The notes: a model not told the origin generated them from the letters alone. DNA of 64,000 bases from Microcoleaceae cyanobacterium (GCA_051652765.1 JBOFUV010000036.1:1-64000), one strand, 5' to 3'; counted from the first letter of the stretch, positions 52,055 to 62,564 are shown. Numbers and translations are program-made.

Positions 52055-53653
52055 TTAAACTCGAAGTCGAATTGGGGTTCGATTCTCCCGCAGTTCAAAC
52101 TCCGCAGGCAAAATCATCGAACGCCCTGTCATTTCTTCTGGCTGAGGCAACCCCAAAATTTGCAGAATAGTCGGAGCAATATCGGCCAAACAGCCATCTG
52201 TTCGCAGCGGAACATCTGCACCATAGCCTGGTATTTTGCGATTTTCTCCTTCAATCAAGATAAAGGGGACGGGATTAGTCGTGTGAGCGGTCCAAGGATT
52301 CCCCGCTTCATCCCACATGAATTCCGCATTCCCATGATCCGCAATGATTAGCGCAGTACCGCCCGCCTTGCTAATCGCCCCAAGCAGAGGCCCCAAACAG
52401 CGATCCACCGTTTCAACGGCCTTAACTGCGGCATCCATGATGCCCGTATGACCCACCATGTCGGGATTAGCATAGTTAATCACGACCAGCGAGTAAACCC
52501 CGGTTTCAATCGCCCGAACAGCAATGTCAGTGACTTCTGCCGCCGCCATTTCCGGCGCTTGATCATAGGTTGCAACATTAGGGCTAGAAACCAGCTCTCG
52601 CTCCTCCCCGTCAAAGGGTTGTTCTAGGCCGCCATTAAAAAAATAGGTGACGTGAGCATATTTTTCCGTTTCCGCAGTCCGGAACTGCTTCAATCCATGA
52701 TTGGCAACCACTTGTCCCAGAATATTGTCCAAGTTTTGAGGCTTAAACGCGACCAAAACGGGGAATTTGGGATCGTACTGAGTAAACGTCAAAAAACTCA
52801 GCGGTTGAATTAACGCCCGCTCGAATCCACTAAACTCTGAATCCACCAAGGCTTGGGTGAGTTGTCGAGCCCGGTCAGGGCGGAAATTAAAGAAGATTAC
52901 CCCATCTCCAGACTGAATAGCCCCTGGAGCAAGACGAACTGGAATCACAAACTCATCAGTGACTTCTTCGGCATAGGATGCCTCTAGGGCCTCAACTGCA
53001 GAACAACCTTGGCCCTCGCCGTCAGTTGTCATCGTAGTATAAGCTTGTTGAACGCGATCCCAGCGCTTATCCCGATCCATAGCATAGTAGCGACCACTAA
53101 CAGTCACGATCTGCCCGACCCCAATTTTCTCGATATGATCTTGAATCTGTTTCAGAGATTCAAGACCATCTCTAGGATCAGTATCTCGCCCATCGGTAAT
53201 TGCATGGACACAAACATTTGTGATGCCCTTCGCCTTAACAACATCAAGCAGTCCCAATAGATGATCTAGGTGAGAATGCACCCCACCCTTGGAACATAAC
53301 CCCACGAGATGTAACTTCCCGTTCCGCTGGCTGACTTCCTCACAAACCTGGACTAATTCAGGAATATCTTGAATTCTTCCCTCTTCAACCGCATCTGAAA
53401 TCCGAACCAGTTCCTGAGGAACAACCCGCCCTGCACCAATATTAAGGTGACCCACTTCCGAGTTGCCCATTTGACCTTCGGGTAAACCAACTGCCTTACC
53501 TGAAGTCCGGATTAGGGTTTTAGGGTAAGCAGCCCAAAGGCTATCCATTACAGGCGTGTTGGCCACAGCAATGGCGTTGCCGTCTACTTGTTCACGATAG
53601 CCCCATCCATCCAAAATGATGAGTACAACAGGAGATGAAGACACTAATACCAT
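52055..53653 (-). CDS. gpmI: 2,3-bisphosphoglycerate-independent phosphoglycerate mutase
   Basis: ILDGWG, GNSEVGH, ETEKYAHVT, NPDMVGH, ADHGN. Confidence 0.97.
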   Translation of the reverse strand: MVLVSSSPVVLIILDGWGYREQVDGNAIAVANTPVMDSLWAAYPKTLIRTSGKAVGLPEGQMGNSEVGHLNIGAGRVVPQELVRISDAVEEGRIQDIPELVQVCEEVSQRNGKLHLVGLCSKGGVHSHLDHLLGLLDVVKAKGITNVCVHAITDGRDTDPRDGLESLKQIQDHIEKIGVGQIVTVSGRYYAMDRDKRWDRVQQAYTTMTTDGEGQGCSAVEALEASYAEEVTDEFVIPVRLAPGAIQSGDGVIFFNFRPDRARQLTQALVDSEFSGFERALIQPLSFLTFTQYDPKFPVLVAFKPQNLDNILGQVVANHGLKQFRTAETEKYAHVTYFFNGGLEQPFDGEERELVSSPNVATYDQAPEMAAAEVTDIAVRAIETGVYSLVVINYANPDMVGHTGIMDAAVKAVETVDRCLGPLLGAISKAGGTALIIADHGNAEFMWDEAGNPWTAHTTNPVPFILIEGENRKIPGYGADVPLRTDGCLADIAPTILQILGLPQPEEMTGRSMILPAEFELRENRTPIRLRV

Positions 53654-54053
53654 GCTAAGTTACCTTCATACCGCATAACTTCACCGACATCATACCATCC
53701 ACTTCCAAGAAAAGCAGTTTATCTCTCTCAACAAAAGCGGTAAATTCTGGGTTGTGAGCTAGGTTATGAACTATTGGCTAAGCACATACCACTAGTCGTT
53801 CTTGTTTTGAGTTTCAACTTAGCCTTTTCTAGAACCGGATTTAGTATGATTTCGCATAGAGTCCACCAGTATTTTAATAAACTTGGGCTTGTCAAACTTG
53901 ATTGGTTGTGTCGGTTGAAGTTGAGCTGGCAAGACCCAGCCCTCTCAAGCCAGAGAAAAAGTTTGGCCCTAGGATTTAAGTGGATTAGTGGATGAATCAG
54001 GTATACTTCGGCTATCTTTAGAGTTGTTAACTATGATTGTTCAGGGACGGGCA

Positions 54054-55187
54054 ATGCGTAAGGTTGGGTTAATTTTTACCACGGGAGTACTAGCACTTTG
54101 GTTAGGGGCTTGTGGCTCACAAACAACAGAGGAGGAAGCAACGTCAATTCCTTCTCCAGATGCCTCTGCAACAGAGCAGCCAGCCGCTCAATCTCCTCAA
54201 GGGGAGCCAACTCCAAAACCGTTTGAAAATCCCTTAGTTGCTCAACAACAGCAGGGAAACACGGCTGCAGAAGCAGGCTTAATTCAATCAACAAAGCCAG
54301 AAGAACGGCTGCTCCAACTTAAAGGAGGTACAGGCACGGGTGGTGCAGGTGGCAATGTCGCAACCAATTCGAATCAGCCCATTGAAGACCCCTTTGCTCC
54401 TCCTAAGCCAGAATTTATTGAAATCCCCACTGACCCCACGCTGGCAACCGAATCCTCTGATCTGGCAGCTCGTCAAATCCCTGATCTCCCTGAACTCCCG
54501 GTTGCAACTCCGCCTCGACCTTGGGCTACGGTTGCGATCGCTCCAACCCAGTCTCCCCAATTTACAACTCCATTTGGAGGTGCAGGTGTCGTAGGAACTT
54601 CTCAATCAGGAACTTCTCCTAGACAAGGCACTACCCAAGGGAGATCTGCTCAATCAGGAACTTCTCCTAGACAAGGTACTACCCAAGGAGGGGCTTCTCA
54701 GTCAGGAACTCCTGGGAGAACAGCCCGAACCCCTAGGAAAGGCCCTCCCCAGCTTCCTAGCTTACCCATTGCTGCGGTTCCTGATCTGCCTGAGCTTCCG
54801 CCTGGAATTGCACCTACGGCTTGGCTTGATCCAAATCCTCCTCCGATTGCTGTACTTCCTAGTGTGCCTCCCCCTCCTAGAACCGATCTGGCTGAAGCCA
54901 TTGAAGTTACGGGAGTTGTTCAGCCTGAGGGCAGAGTTGCCAAGGTGATTTTAAAGGCTCCAACAGAGCCAACGAGTCGATATGTTAGTGTTGGAGATCG
55001 GATTGCAGGGGGCCAAGTGCTGGTGAAGCGGGTGAAGTTTGTTGAAGGTTCAGACCCAGTTGTTATTTTTGAACAAAATGGGGTTGAAATTGCAGTTTCA
55101 GTCGGGGAAGTGCGCCAACCGCCAGCAGGGCTAAACTTAGTGGTTCCTCGTGAACCCGTAATCAATGCTCGTAATGTAGCGTTTTAA
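54054..55187 (+). CDS. Pro-rich lipoprotein with C-terminal beta domain (PilP/GspC-like, tentative)
   Basis: Lipobox LGA-C; disordered linker; IEVTGVVQ...SRYVSVGDRI...VLVKRV. Confidence 0.75.
   Translation: MRKVGLIFTTGVLALWLGACGSQTTEEEATSIPSPDASATEQPAAQSPQGEPTPKPFENPLVAQQQQGNTAAEAGLIQSTKPEERLLQLKGGTGTGGAGGNVATNSNQPIEDPFAPPKPEFIEIPTDPTLATESSDLAARQIPDLPELPVATPPRPWATVAIAPTQSPQFTTPFGGAGVVGTSQSGTSPRQGTTQGRSAQSGTSPRQGTTQGGASQSGTPGRTARTPRKGPPQLPSLPIAAVPDLPELPPGIAPTAWLDPNPPPIAVLPSVPPPPRTDLAEAIEVTGVVQPEGRVAKVILKAPTEPTSRYVSVGDRIAGGQVLVKRVKFVEGSDPVVIFEQNGVEIAVSVGEVRQPPAGLNLVVPREPVINARNVAF
54600..54711 (+). repeat. In-frame 48-bp tandem repeat (about 2.3 copies)
   Basis: SQSGTSPRQGTTQGRS / AQSGTSPRQGTTQGGA / SQSGT. 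Confidence 0.9.
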
Positions 55188-55282
55188 GCTTTCTGTTAGG
55201 TGGATCGATCAATATCGATCCCTAGACAGAAAGCTTGGGTTAATCTTCACTTTAAAAATCTTAAGTATTGTTTTCAGGGACT

Positions 55283-56017
55283 ATGTTGCGTTCATTCAAA
55301 ATATTTTCTACTGTCTTGGCAATTGCTGGAATTGAACTTCTCAGTTCAGCCATTCAGCCAATGTCTGTTACAGCTCAGCCAGCGGCAGCAGACAAGCGTC
55401 CACCGGTTTGCGAGGGTAACTTGCCGACAGGGCAAGGGAAGTGCAACTATGAGGGTGGAGATAACTTCATTGGCAGTTTTGTTAACGGGAAACCTGAAGG
55501 CACTGGTGTTTATGTTTATGCCAATGGCGATCGCTATGAAGGCCAGTTTCGAGGTGGGTTGCCAAATGGCCAAGGCGTATTTATTTTTAAAGATGATGCT
55601 CGGGTTGTCGGGGTCTTTAAAGATGGCAATATTTCCCAAGGAACAGTCATTTTCCCGGATGGGGATCGCTATGTCGGTTCGTTCAAGATTGTGAGGAATA
55701 TAGAAACCGACGAGAGAAGCAGTCAACCCCATGGCTCAGGAGAGTTCATTTATAGTAATGGCGATCGCTTCAAAGGAGAATTTTTTGCGGGCGGGCCTTT
55801 TGGCGCAGGTGCATTCACTCGTGCCAACGGAACTCGGTGTCAAGGGCAGTTCTTTAATCAAAGTCTTGACGGTAGGGGCAGTTGTACGTTTCCGAATGGA
55901 TTCCGCTATGAGGGAGAGTTCAGAGGCGGCGTTCCCCACGGACAAGGGGCGATTATTGATACCAGTGGGAAGCGTTTTCCAGGAACCTTCCGAGATGGGA
56001 AGCGGATCAACAGTTAA
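55283..56017 (+). CDS. Exported MORN-repeat protein
   Basis: Repeated GDRYEGQF.GG.P.GQG units; signal peptide. Confidence 0.92.
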   Translation: MLRSFKIFSTVLAIAGIELLSSAIQPMSVTAQPAAADKRPPVCEGNLPTGQGKCNYEGGDNFIGSFVNGKPEGTGVYVYANGDRYEGQFRGGLPNGQGVFIFKDDARVVGVFKDGNISQGTVIFPDGDRYVGSFKIVRNIETDERSSQPHGSGEFIYSNGDRFKGEFFAGGPFGAGAFTRANGTRCQGQFFNQSLDGRGSCTFPNGFRYEGEFRGGVPHGQGAIIDTSGKRFPGTFRDGKRINS

Positions 56018-56023
56018 GCCCAG

Positions 56024-57424
56024 TTAAGTTTGGAGAGCATGGGATACTCTTTCTGAGCAGTTCCCTACTTTTTTGAGCCGAACTCCACCACTAGGTGCTA
56101 GGGTTCCTCCTCGGCGTTTAGGGGTTACGGGCTTTGTTTCTGCTAGCTCCAAACGACTCTGAGTCAGAATTGTTCTGAGAATCAGGGTCATTTCGTACAT
56201 GGCCAAAGCTGACCCAATACATCGACGGGCCCCGCCGCCAAAGGGCAAAAATTCAAAGGGAGAAAACTGCCGCTCCAAAAACCGTTCAGGGCGGAACTGA
56301 TGGGAGTTTGGGTAGAGGTCTTCCCGGTGATGAATCAAGTAAATGCAGCCCAATAGCAAGGAACCAACTTCCAGGTCATACCCCAACAGTTGAATCGGTT
56401 TCTCAACCCGGCGGGGCAGGGCGACCATGGCAACGGGATAGATTCGCAGGGTTTCATTGCAAACGGCGTTCAGGTAAGGTAGCCGAGAAATCGCCGTTAG
56501 GTCGGAACTTTCATTCCAGGGTTCCAACTCCTGCATCAGGTTTTGATGAACATTTGGCAGACGATGAATCCAGTAGAGCGCCCAGGCCAGGGCAGTAGCC
56601 GTTGTCTCATGGCCCGCAACCAACAGTGTCATCAATTCATCGTGGAGTTCTTCATCCGTGAGTCCCTCTCCCTGTTCATCCTTGGCACTGAGCAATAGAG
56701 AGAGAACGTCGGTACGATCTTCTAGGGTGTGGCTTGCTTGATTGTAACTAGCGCGTCGCTCTCGAATCTCGGCATAGAGTAACTGGTCAGTTTCTGCAAT
56801 CAGACGGCGAACTCGTCCTCCAACACTGCGAGGCCCCAAGTCAATCATCAGTTGCGGAAAAAAGATCAGAATGGAGGTGAGGGGAGTGCTAACCAGGTTA
56901 AGCCGCTCTGCTAGGGTATACTCCAATCGGCGATAGCGATCGCCCTCATGTAAGCCAAAAACGGCTTGCAAAATCACCCGCATGGTAATTTTTTGCATCG
57001 CTTCACGGGCACAAAACAGATCTCCAACCGTTAGCTCCTGAACGACATCCTGGGCAATCTGACAAATCAGTTCGCCATAGGCTTTCATCCGTTCTCCATG
57101 AAAGGGCGGCAGCATTAATTGTCTCTGTCGTCGATGCTGCTTGCCACTGAGCAGAATTAAAGAGTTCTCCCCCAACAACGGCTTCACCAGTGTATTCACT
57201 TCGCCCGGAGCCGTCATCTCTGCCGTGTTGTCGTGGGTAAAGAGATATTGCATGGCCTCTGGGTGGTTCACAAAAATCAGAGGCTCTGGATTCACCGGAG
57301 AGACCTCCGCTTGAAAGAAATCCCCAAATCGTTGAAAATTCGTTTCCATGTATCCCAGAGGATTAAAGACCCATTGCAGGGTTTGGGCAAGCTCTGGAGT
57401 TTTAGGCTTTGGGATAGAGACCAT
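56024..57424 (-). CDS. Cytochrome P450 (CYP110-like)
   Basis: AGHETT, ETLR, PERF, FGGGARRCIG. Confidence 0.96.
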   Translation of the reverse strand: MVSIPKPKTPELAQTLQWVFNPLGYMETNFQRFGDFFQAEVSPVNPEPLIFVNHPEAMQYLFTHDNTAEMTAPGEVNTLVKPLLGENSLILLSGKQHRRQRQLMLPPFHGERMKAYGELICQIAQDVVQELTVGDLFCAREAMQKITMRVILQAVFGLHEGDRYRRLEYTLAERLNLVSTPLTSILIFFPQLMIDLGPRSVGGRVRRLIAETDQLLYAEIRERRASYNQASHTLEDRTDVLSLLLSAKDEQGEGLTDEELHDELMTLLVAGHETTATALAWALYWIHRLPNVHQNLMQELEPWNESSDLTAISRLPYLNAVCNETLRIYPVAMVALPRRVEKPIQLLGYDLEVGSLLLGCIYLIHHREDLYPNSHQFRPERFLERQFSPFEFLPFGGGARRCIGSALAMYEMTLILRTILTQSRLELAETKPVTPKRRGGTLAPSGGVRLKKVGNCSERVSHALQT

Positions 57425-57553
57425 AGTCAGAATTTGATAACTTGCTAGAGAGGCTCGCAGCAGATTGGAGATATCTAAACTATAGCAATACTATAGCAAC
57501 CTGATTTAAGGTCTGAACTCTAGTGACGATCCAGGCATAATCACAATCAGTGT

Positions 57554-58039
57554 TCACAAAAAAGAGTCCGCCTCTAACGCTGCCAACTCTAACCGACGCT
57601 GAGTAAGTTCAAATTCCAGATGTTGAATCTCTTCAAGTAACTGTTGCCGTCGCTGTTCAAAGGGTTGATTTTGCCGTGAAAAATAAGCATCAATCTCTGG
57701 CCAAAGTTGTACTGCCCAATCTTTACTCGCTGTTTTTAATTCATTCAAAACCTTCACTGTGCCATCTGGTTCTAAGACAAATAGAGTATAGAGTCGTTCA
57801 GAGATGCCTTGCTTTTGTTTCTTCTTTTCACAGTGAAGATAAAGTCCAAACGGTTGATAAACCAGTTGATCTACTTGATTAACAAAGTTGCCCAAAATTG
57901 AGTAACCATCAGTCTGATTTTTATCCAATCCCTCAACCCATTTACACCAGTTTCCTTGCTTTTGAATGAGACAACTTTCCCAAAATCCTGAGGCATTGAG
58001 GAATGCTTGTCTGAGATTGACAAAAACTGATGAATTCAT
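57554..58039 (-). CDS. Hypothetical protein with C-terminal coiled coil
   Basis: ATG at 58039; ORF extension beyond runs into a tandem repeat. Confidence 0.7.
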   Translation of the reverse strand: MNSSVFVNLRQAFLNASGFWESCLIQKQGNWCKWVEGLDKNQTDGYSILGNFVNQVDQLVYQPFGLYLHCEKKKQKQGISERLYTLFVLEPDGTVKVLNELKTASKDWAVQLWPEIDAYFSRQNQPFEQRRQQLLEEIQHLEFELTQRRLELAALEADSFL

Positions 58040-58135
58040 GTTTAAGGGGGATTTGGGAGATTGCTCAACATCACATCTAAACAAAACCGGCTGTAAGCTC
58101 TGATATTCTAAATTAGACCTTAGAATCACTACTTC

Positions 58136-58180
58136 ACAGATTTCCAACCTACAGATTTCTAACCTACAGATTTCTAACCT
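58136..58180. repeat. 15-bp tandem repeat x3 abutting the futB stop
   Basis: ACAGATTTCTAACCT units. Confidence 0.9.
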
Positions 58181-59863
58181 CTAGTTCCTGTCGAAGACCT
58201 GGCGAGATTGAGCAATTTTTAAACTCAGAAAAATGACTGGAATCATTCCCACAACCACAATTGCTAGAGCTGGCCCTGCCGCCTCTGCTAATCGTTCATC
58301 GGCAGCTAAGTTATAAACCCGAACGGCCAAGGTATCAAAGTTGAACGGACGAATCACAAGGGTTGCAGGCAGCTCTTTCATCACATCCACAAAGGTTAAC
58401 ATCCCAGCCGTTAGCAATCCCCCCCCCATCATCGGTGCGTGAACTTTGATCAGGGTACTTGTTGGCGGATGCCCTAAACTGCGGGCTGCTTCATCTAAAC
58501 TGGGTTTAATTTTACTCAAACTGGATTCTACAGCTCCAAATGCCACAGCCAAGAAACGTACAAGATAGGCAAAAATTAAAGTTACAATAGTTCCACTCAG
58601 GATTAACCCGATGGAAACTCCGAATATAGACTGTATAAAATCAGCAATTGCATTATCGAGTTTGCCAATAGGAATTAAAATTCCAACTGCAATAACTGAA
58701 CCAGGAACTGCATATCCTAAAGCTGCAATTCGGGTTGATAATTGCATGACAAAAGTTGGATTCAGTCGCAATCCATAGGCTAGAATCAGAGAAATAATCA
58801 CAGCTAAAATCCCAGTCAAGATAGCTAAAATTAAACTGTGACTGGCAAATTCCCAAAACTGAGCCTCAAAAATTGTGTTGGGATTTTCAACGGTCATTTT
58901 TAACAAAATCAGTCCTGGTAACACGAAGCCAAATAATACTGGAAGTAAGCAAGCAAAAAAAGCGAGAATTGCTCTGAATTTTTCTAACTGAAAGGGCTTC
59001 AGAGGTTGAAATCGGCTATTCCCTTGATAATACTTCGCTTGCTTTCGAGACCAGAGTTCAAGTAAGATCAGCCCGAGAACAAACAGCATTAAAACAGTTG
59101 CTAACTGAGCGGCAGCAACCGGTTCTCCCATGCCAAACCAGGTACGATAGATTCCGGTTGTAAATGTATCAACCCCAAAGAATTGTACCGTACCAAAGTC
59201 ATTGAGTGTTTCCATTAGCGCCAAAGCCAAACCTGCTGTAATCCCAGGCCGAGCCAGGGGTAGAGCAACGGTGAAAAAACTGCGCCAAGGATTGCACCCT
59301 AGGGATCGACTGGCTTCCAAGGTCTGAGTTGATTGCTCCAAAAATGAGACCCGAACCAGCAGATAAACATAAGGATAGAGCGTCAAGGTCAGGAGAGCGA
59401 TCGCCCCCTCAATTGAGCGAATATCAGGAAACCAGTAATCCTCGACTCGACTCCAGCCAAACCAGTGCCGTAATATCGTTTGAACTGGCCCATAAAACTC
59501 CAGATATTCTGTATAAACATAGGCCAGAATGTAGGCAGGGGCCGCCAAGGGCAACAGTAAGGCCCACTCAAACCAACGGTTGCCAGGAAATTGGCAAAAT
59601 GTTACCAGCCATGCTGTCCCAACTCCGATCAATAAAACGCCGACCCCGACCCCGACCATCAAAACTAAGGAGTTTAGGATGTAGCGAGGGAGAACGGTTG
59701 CGGCCAGATGACTCCAGACTTCTTGAGCATTCGTCTCAGGCTGAAAGATTTCGAAGAGACTACTAAATACGCAAACTACTGGAAATGAAATCAGAATCGC
59801 AATAATAACGGCAAAACCTGTCCAAGTCTGTGACGAAACCTGTGATGAAAAGGAGCGATACAT
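58181..59863 (-). CDS. futB: Fe(III) ABC transporter permease
   Basis: Two EAA loops (LEASRSLG, LDEAARSLG), METLNDFG, MKELPAT; start may extend to 59923. Confidence 0.92.
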   Translation of the reverse strand: MYRSFSSQVSSQTWTGFAVIIAILISFPVVCVFSSLFEIFQPETNAQEVWSHLAATVLPRYILNSLVLMVGVGVGVLLIGVGTAWLVTFCQFPGNRWFEWALLLPLAAPAYILAYVYTEYLEFYGPVQTILRHWFGWSRVEDYWFPDIRSIEGAIALLTLTLYPYVYLLVRVSFLEQSTQTLEASRSLGCNPWRSFFTVALPLARPGITAGLALALMETLNDFGTVQFFGVDTFTTGIYRTWFGMGEPVAAAQLATVLMLFVLGLILLELWSRKQAKYYQGNSRFQPLKPFQLEKFRAILAFFACLLPVLFGFVLPGLILLKMTVENPNTIFEAQFWEFASHSLILAILTGILAVIISLILAYGLRLNPTFVMQLSTRIAALGYAVPGSVIAVGILIPIGKLDNAIADFIQSIFGVSIGLILSGTIVTLIFAYLVRFLAVAFGAVESSLSKIKPSLDEAARSLGHPPTSTLIKVHAPMMGGGLLTAGMLTFVDVMKELPATLVIRPFNFDTLAVRVYNLAADERLAEAAGPALAIVVVGMIPVIFLSLKIAQSRQVFDRN

Positions 59864-59937
59864 GATGTGCCAAAAAATACTACAAGGAGAGGACTGCCCA
59901 AAGGTTGATTCAGAAGTGACCAAGCTCCATCCTCACT

Positions 59938-59990
59938 TTAATGAGAAAAACTCTTAAAAGGAGGTTATTATTAAGAAATGCTTTCTGATT
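59938..59990. promoter_or_regulatory. Putative Fur boxes in divergent futB/futC promoter
   Basis: TTAATGAGAAAAACTCTTAA and ATTATTAAGAAATGCTTTCTGAT; iron-transport context. Confidence 0.5.
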
Positions 59991-60066
59991 TTAGCTTGCA
60001 GTCGCAAATTGTGAGTTTTATCCAAACGTTATCTAACACGTTGTACAAAATTGTCTTGGTTCAGAT

Positions 60067-61239
60067 ATGACCCATTCTGCAATTCTTCGTCTAGCAGACA
60101 TTAGCAAACAGTTTCCTGATGCCGGTTCACCTGTAGTGAGGAATGTATCCTTAACCTTGGAACAGGGAGATATCCTAGGGCTACTAGGGCCTTCGGGATG
60201 TGGCAAGACAACCCTCCTCCGGATTATTGCAGGCTTTGAACATCCTCAAAATGGCAGTGTGGAAATTGCAGGGGAGGTTGTCAGTGAAACCAACCGTTGC
60301 GTTCCACCTGAACAACGGGATGTGGGTATGGTATTTCAGGATTATGCCCTGTTTCCTCACTTAACCGTTGCTAAAAATGTTGCCTTTGGACTGCAACATC
60401 TCAAGAAGCTTTCCAGTCGTCAAGCTCAGTTGCGAGTCCAAGAGGTTTTAGAACTGGTTAGCTTGTCAGGACTAGGTCATCGCTATCCTCACGAACTCTC
60501 GGGCGGTCAACAGCAACGGGTCGCCCTCGCCCGGGCCCTCGCTCCCTGTCCAGCCCTAGTCCTACTCGATGAACCCTTAAGCAATTTGGATGTGCAGGTG
60601 CGGCTAAGACTGCGACAAGAGTTGCGAGAGATTCTCAAAATGGCTGGAGCCTCAGCTATTTTTGTCACCCACGATCAAGAAGAAGCCCTGGCAATTTCTG
60701 ACCGAGTGGCCGTTATGCAGCAAGGATACCTAGAACAGGTTGGCACACCAGAAGAAATTTACCATAGTCCAACCTCTCGATTTGTGGCAGAATTTGTGAC
60801 TCAGGCCAATTTTATTCCGGCTCAACGTCGGGGCAACGTTTGGGAAACTGAGCTGGGACATTTTACAATTGAGCCTCACCTAGAACAGCTAAACTACTCC
60901 TGCTCTGAGCCAGAACTGTTTAGCCCGCAGCAACCTGGTTTACACAGTTCTAATCTAGTAGGCTCTAATCAGGAAAAGCCTCATCAAATTCACCTTATGG
61001 TGCGTCAAGAAGATCTGATCCTCAAGCCTGATGACGCTGGCACAATTGTCATTCGCGATCGCCAATTTCTGGGTCGAGAACATCATTACAGTTTGCAGGT
61101 TCCCTCTGGACAAAATCTCATTGCCCGCACCCAAGCTGGAAAGGCGCTACCTGTAGGAACACGGGTACAAGTCGCAGTTCCCCAGGAAGCCGTTCGGGTT
61201 TTCCCTTCCAGCTCTGCGTCCTCTACAGACCGTGATTGA
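60067..61239 (+). CDS. futC: Fe(III) ABC transporter ATP-binding protein
   Basis: GPSGCGKT, VFQDYALFPH, LSGGQQQRV, LLDEP, TOBE. Confidence 0.9.
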   Translation: MTHSAILRLADISKQFPDAGSPVVRNVSLTLEQGDILGLLGPSGCGKTTLLRIIAGFEHPQNGSVEIAGEVVSETNRCVPPEQRDVGMVFQDYALFPHLTVAKNVAFGLQHLKKLSSRQAQLRVQEVLELVSLSGLGHRYPHELSGGQQQRVALARALAPCPALVLLDEPLSNLDVQVRLRLRQELREILKMAGASAIFVTHDQEEALAISDRVAVMQQGYLEQVGTPEEIYHSPTSRFVAEFVTQANFIPAQRRGNVWETELGHFTIEPHLEQLNYSCSEPELFSPQQPGLHSSNLVGSNQEKPHQIHLMVRQEDLILKPDDAGTIVIRDRQFLGREHHYSLQVPSGQNLIARTQAGKALPVGTRVQVAVPQEAVRVFPSSSASSTDRD

Positions 61240-61360
61240 TCTCACTTTTTCTTTTTGATCCCACTTTCTTTTGCCATCCCTTTCCTTGAAGAAGAGGGAT
61301 GGCCCATACACTACTCTATACTGAACAAGACAGTCAGGCCCTTCTAACCGTTTGGGTCTG

Positions 61361-61987
61361 TCAATTGCCCTGAGTGTATTCTGTCTCTGTCCCACTGAAC
61401 TCAGTGCGTTCGATATCGACAACCTCTCGACGCAGGGTAATGGTTTGAGGAATATTTTCAGTCGTACGACGCTTGCTAATCCGGACTTCCTCTCGCAAGA
61501 GCAACCGTGTTTCAACAACAACCACTTCCTCAATCAGAGGAATAATCAATACCCCGTTTTCCTCACGAACCTCTGGAACGACATCACCCACAAACTGATT
61601 GATGGAGACATGTTCAACCACAACCTCCTCGTGAACGGTTGGGGCATCCACCACTTCTTCCCACGTCTCTACACGCTTGTGAACCCGCACTACTCCCCGT
61701 GCAACTTGCTGTGTTTCAATCCTGAGTTCCTCAGCAATAACCGGAATCACAACCTCTTCTTCAGTGGCAACAGTTGTGGGCATCGAGGACAAACCCAAGC
61801 TTGCCAAGGACAGACGATACGATCCATCAGGCTGCAGCGCCAGTATATCAGGGGATACAACCATACGAGAGCGATCATCAAATTCGACGATCAACCGTCC
61901 CGCTTCTGCCTCACCCACAACTCTGCCCCGGATACCATCATCGCGAACAATAAAACTGCCTTTTAGATTAGCCATATCACTTTTCAT
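61361..61987 (-). CDS. YsnF/AvaK (DUF2382) domain protein
   Basis: IPVIAEELRI, VRVHKRV, IIPLIEEVVVV, TLRREVVDIER. Confidence 0.88.
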   Translation of the reverse strand: MKSDMANLKGSFIVRDDGIRGRVVGEAEAGRLIVEFDDRSRMVVSPDILALQPDGSYRLSLASLGLSSMPTTVATEEEVVIPVIAEELRIETQQVARGVVRVHKRVETWEEVVDAPTVHEEVVVEHVSINQFVGDVVPEVREENGVLIIPLIEEVVVVETRLLLREEVRISKRRTTENIPQTITLRREVVDIERTEFSGTETEYTQGN

Positions 61988-62564
61988 ATTGATTTTTCGT
62001 TAATTTTTTGTACTATGTCCAATAAGGGAAAGCCAGATCCGTTCTAGTAAAAGTAGGTCTTGATAAAAGCTAAGGCGAGTTAGAAAAATAATTCCGATGC
62101 CAGAGCTTGATAGAAAGTATTCAACGTTAGTAGAAAATAAACAAGGATTTCTTGATCTCAGACAGGGAATTTATTAAGGAACAAAATTTGTAAAAGTTTA
62201 CCCTTCTTGACCCTTGACAATAAACTCACTTTAGTGAGCAACAGCAGTTAACCTCTAATCAAATCAATGCTCTTACCCCTTAAAATATAGACAAAACATC
62301 TCTAAATTGTTTCATATCATAACAAATAGAAGTAGTACCTGCTGGTATTTATAAGTTAGCCCTATGATAGAACGGTTGCGGAAAGGTCAGCAAGTTAGTT
62401 AATAATAGAATAAGAAAAGATTAAGACAAAAAGTATTGACACCTGTCTCCACAAAAGTGTTATTTTTACCCCAGATACTGGACTTAGAAACTCAGCACAT
62501 TCCTGTCAGATGTAAATGGATTCTAGGTCTTACAATCTATCTTTAACTCATAGGGAGAAGTGAC

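Noticed and set aside
53774..53995. 73-aa ORF in the gpmI divergent promoter region
   Set aside because: TTG start, no RBS or motif
61352..61966. 204-aa plus-strand ORF
   Set aside because: Antisense shadow of the Val/Glu-rich YsnF gene; other short overlapping ORFs in the track were rejected on the same grounds
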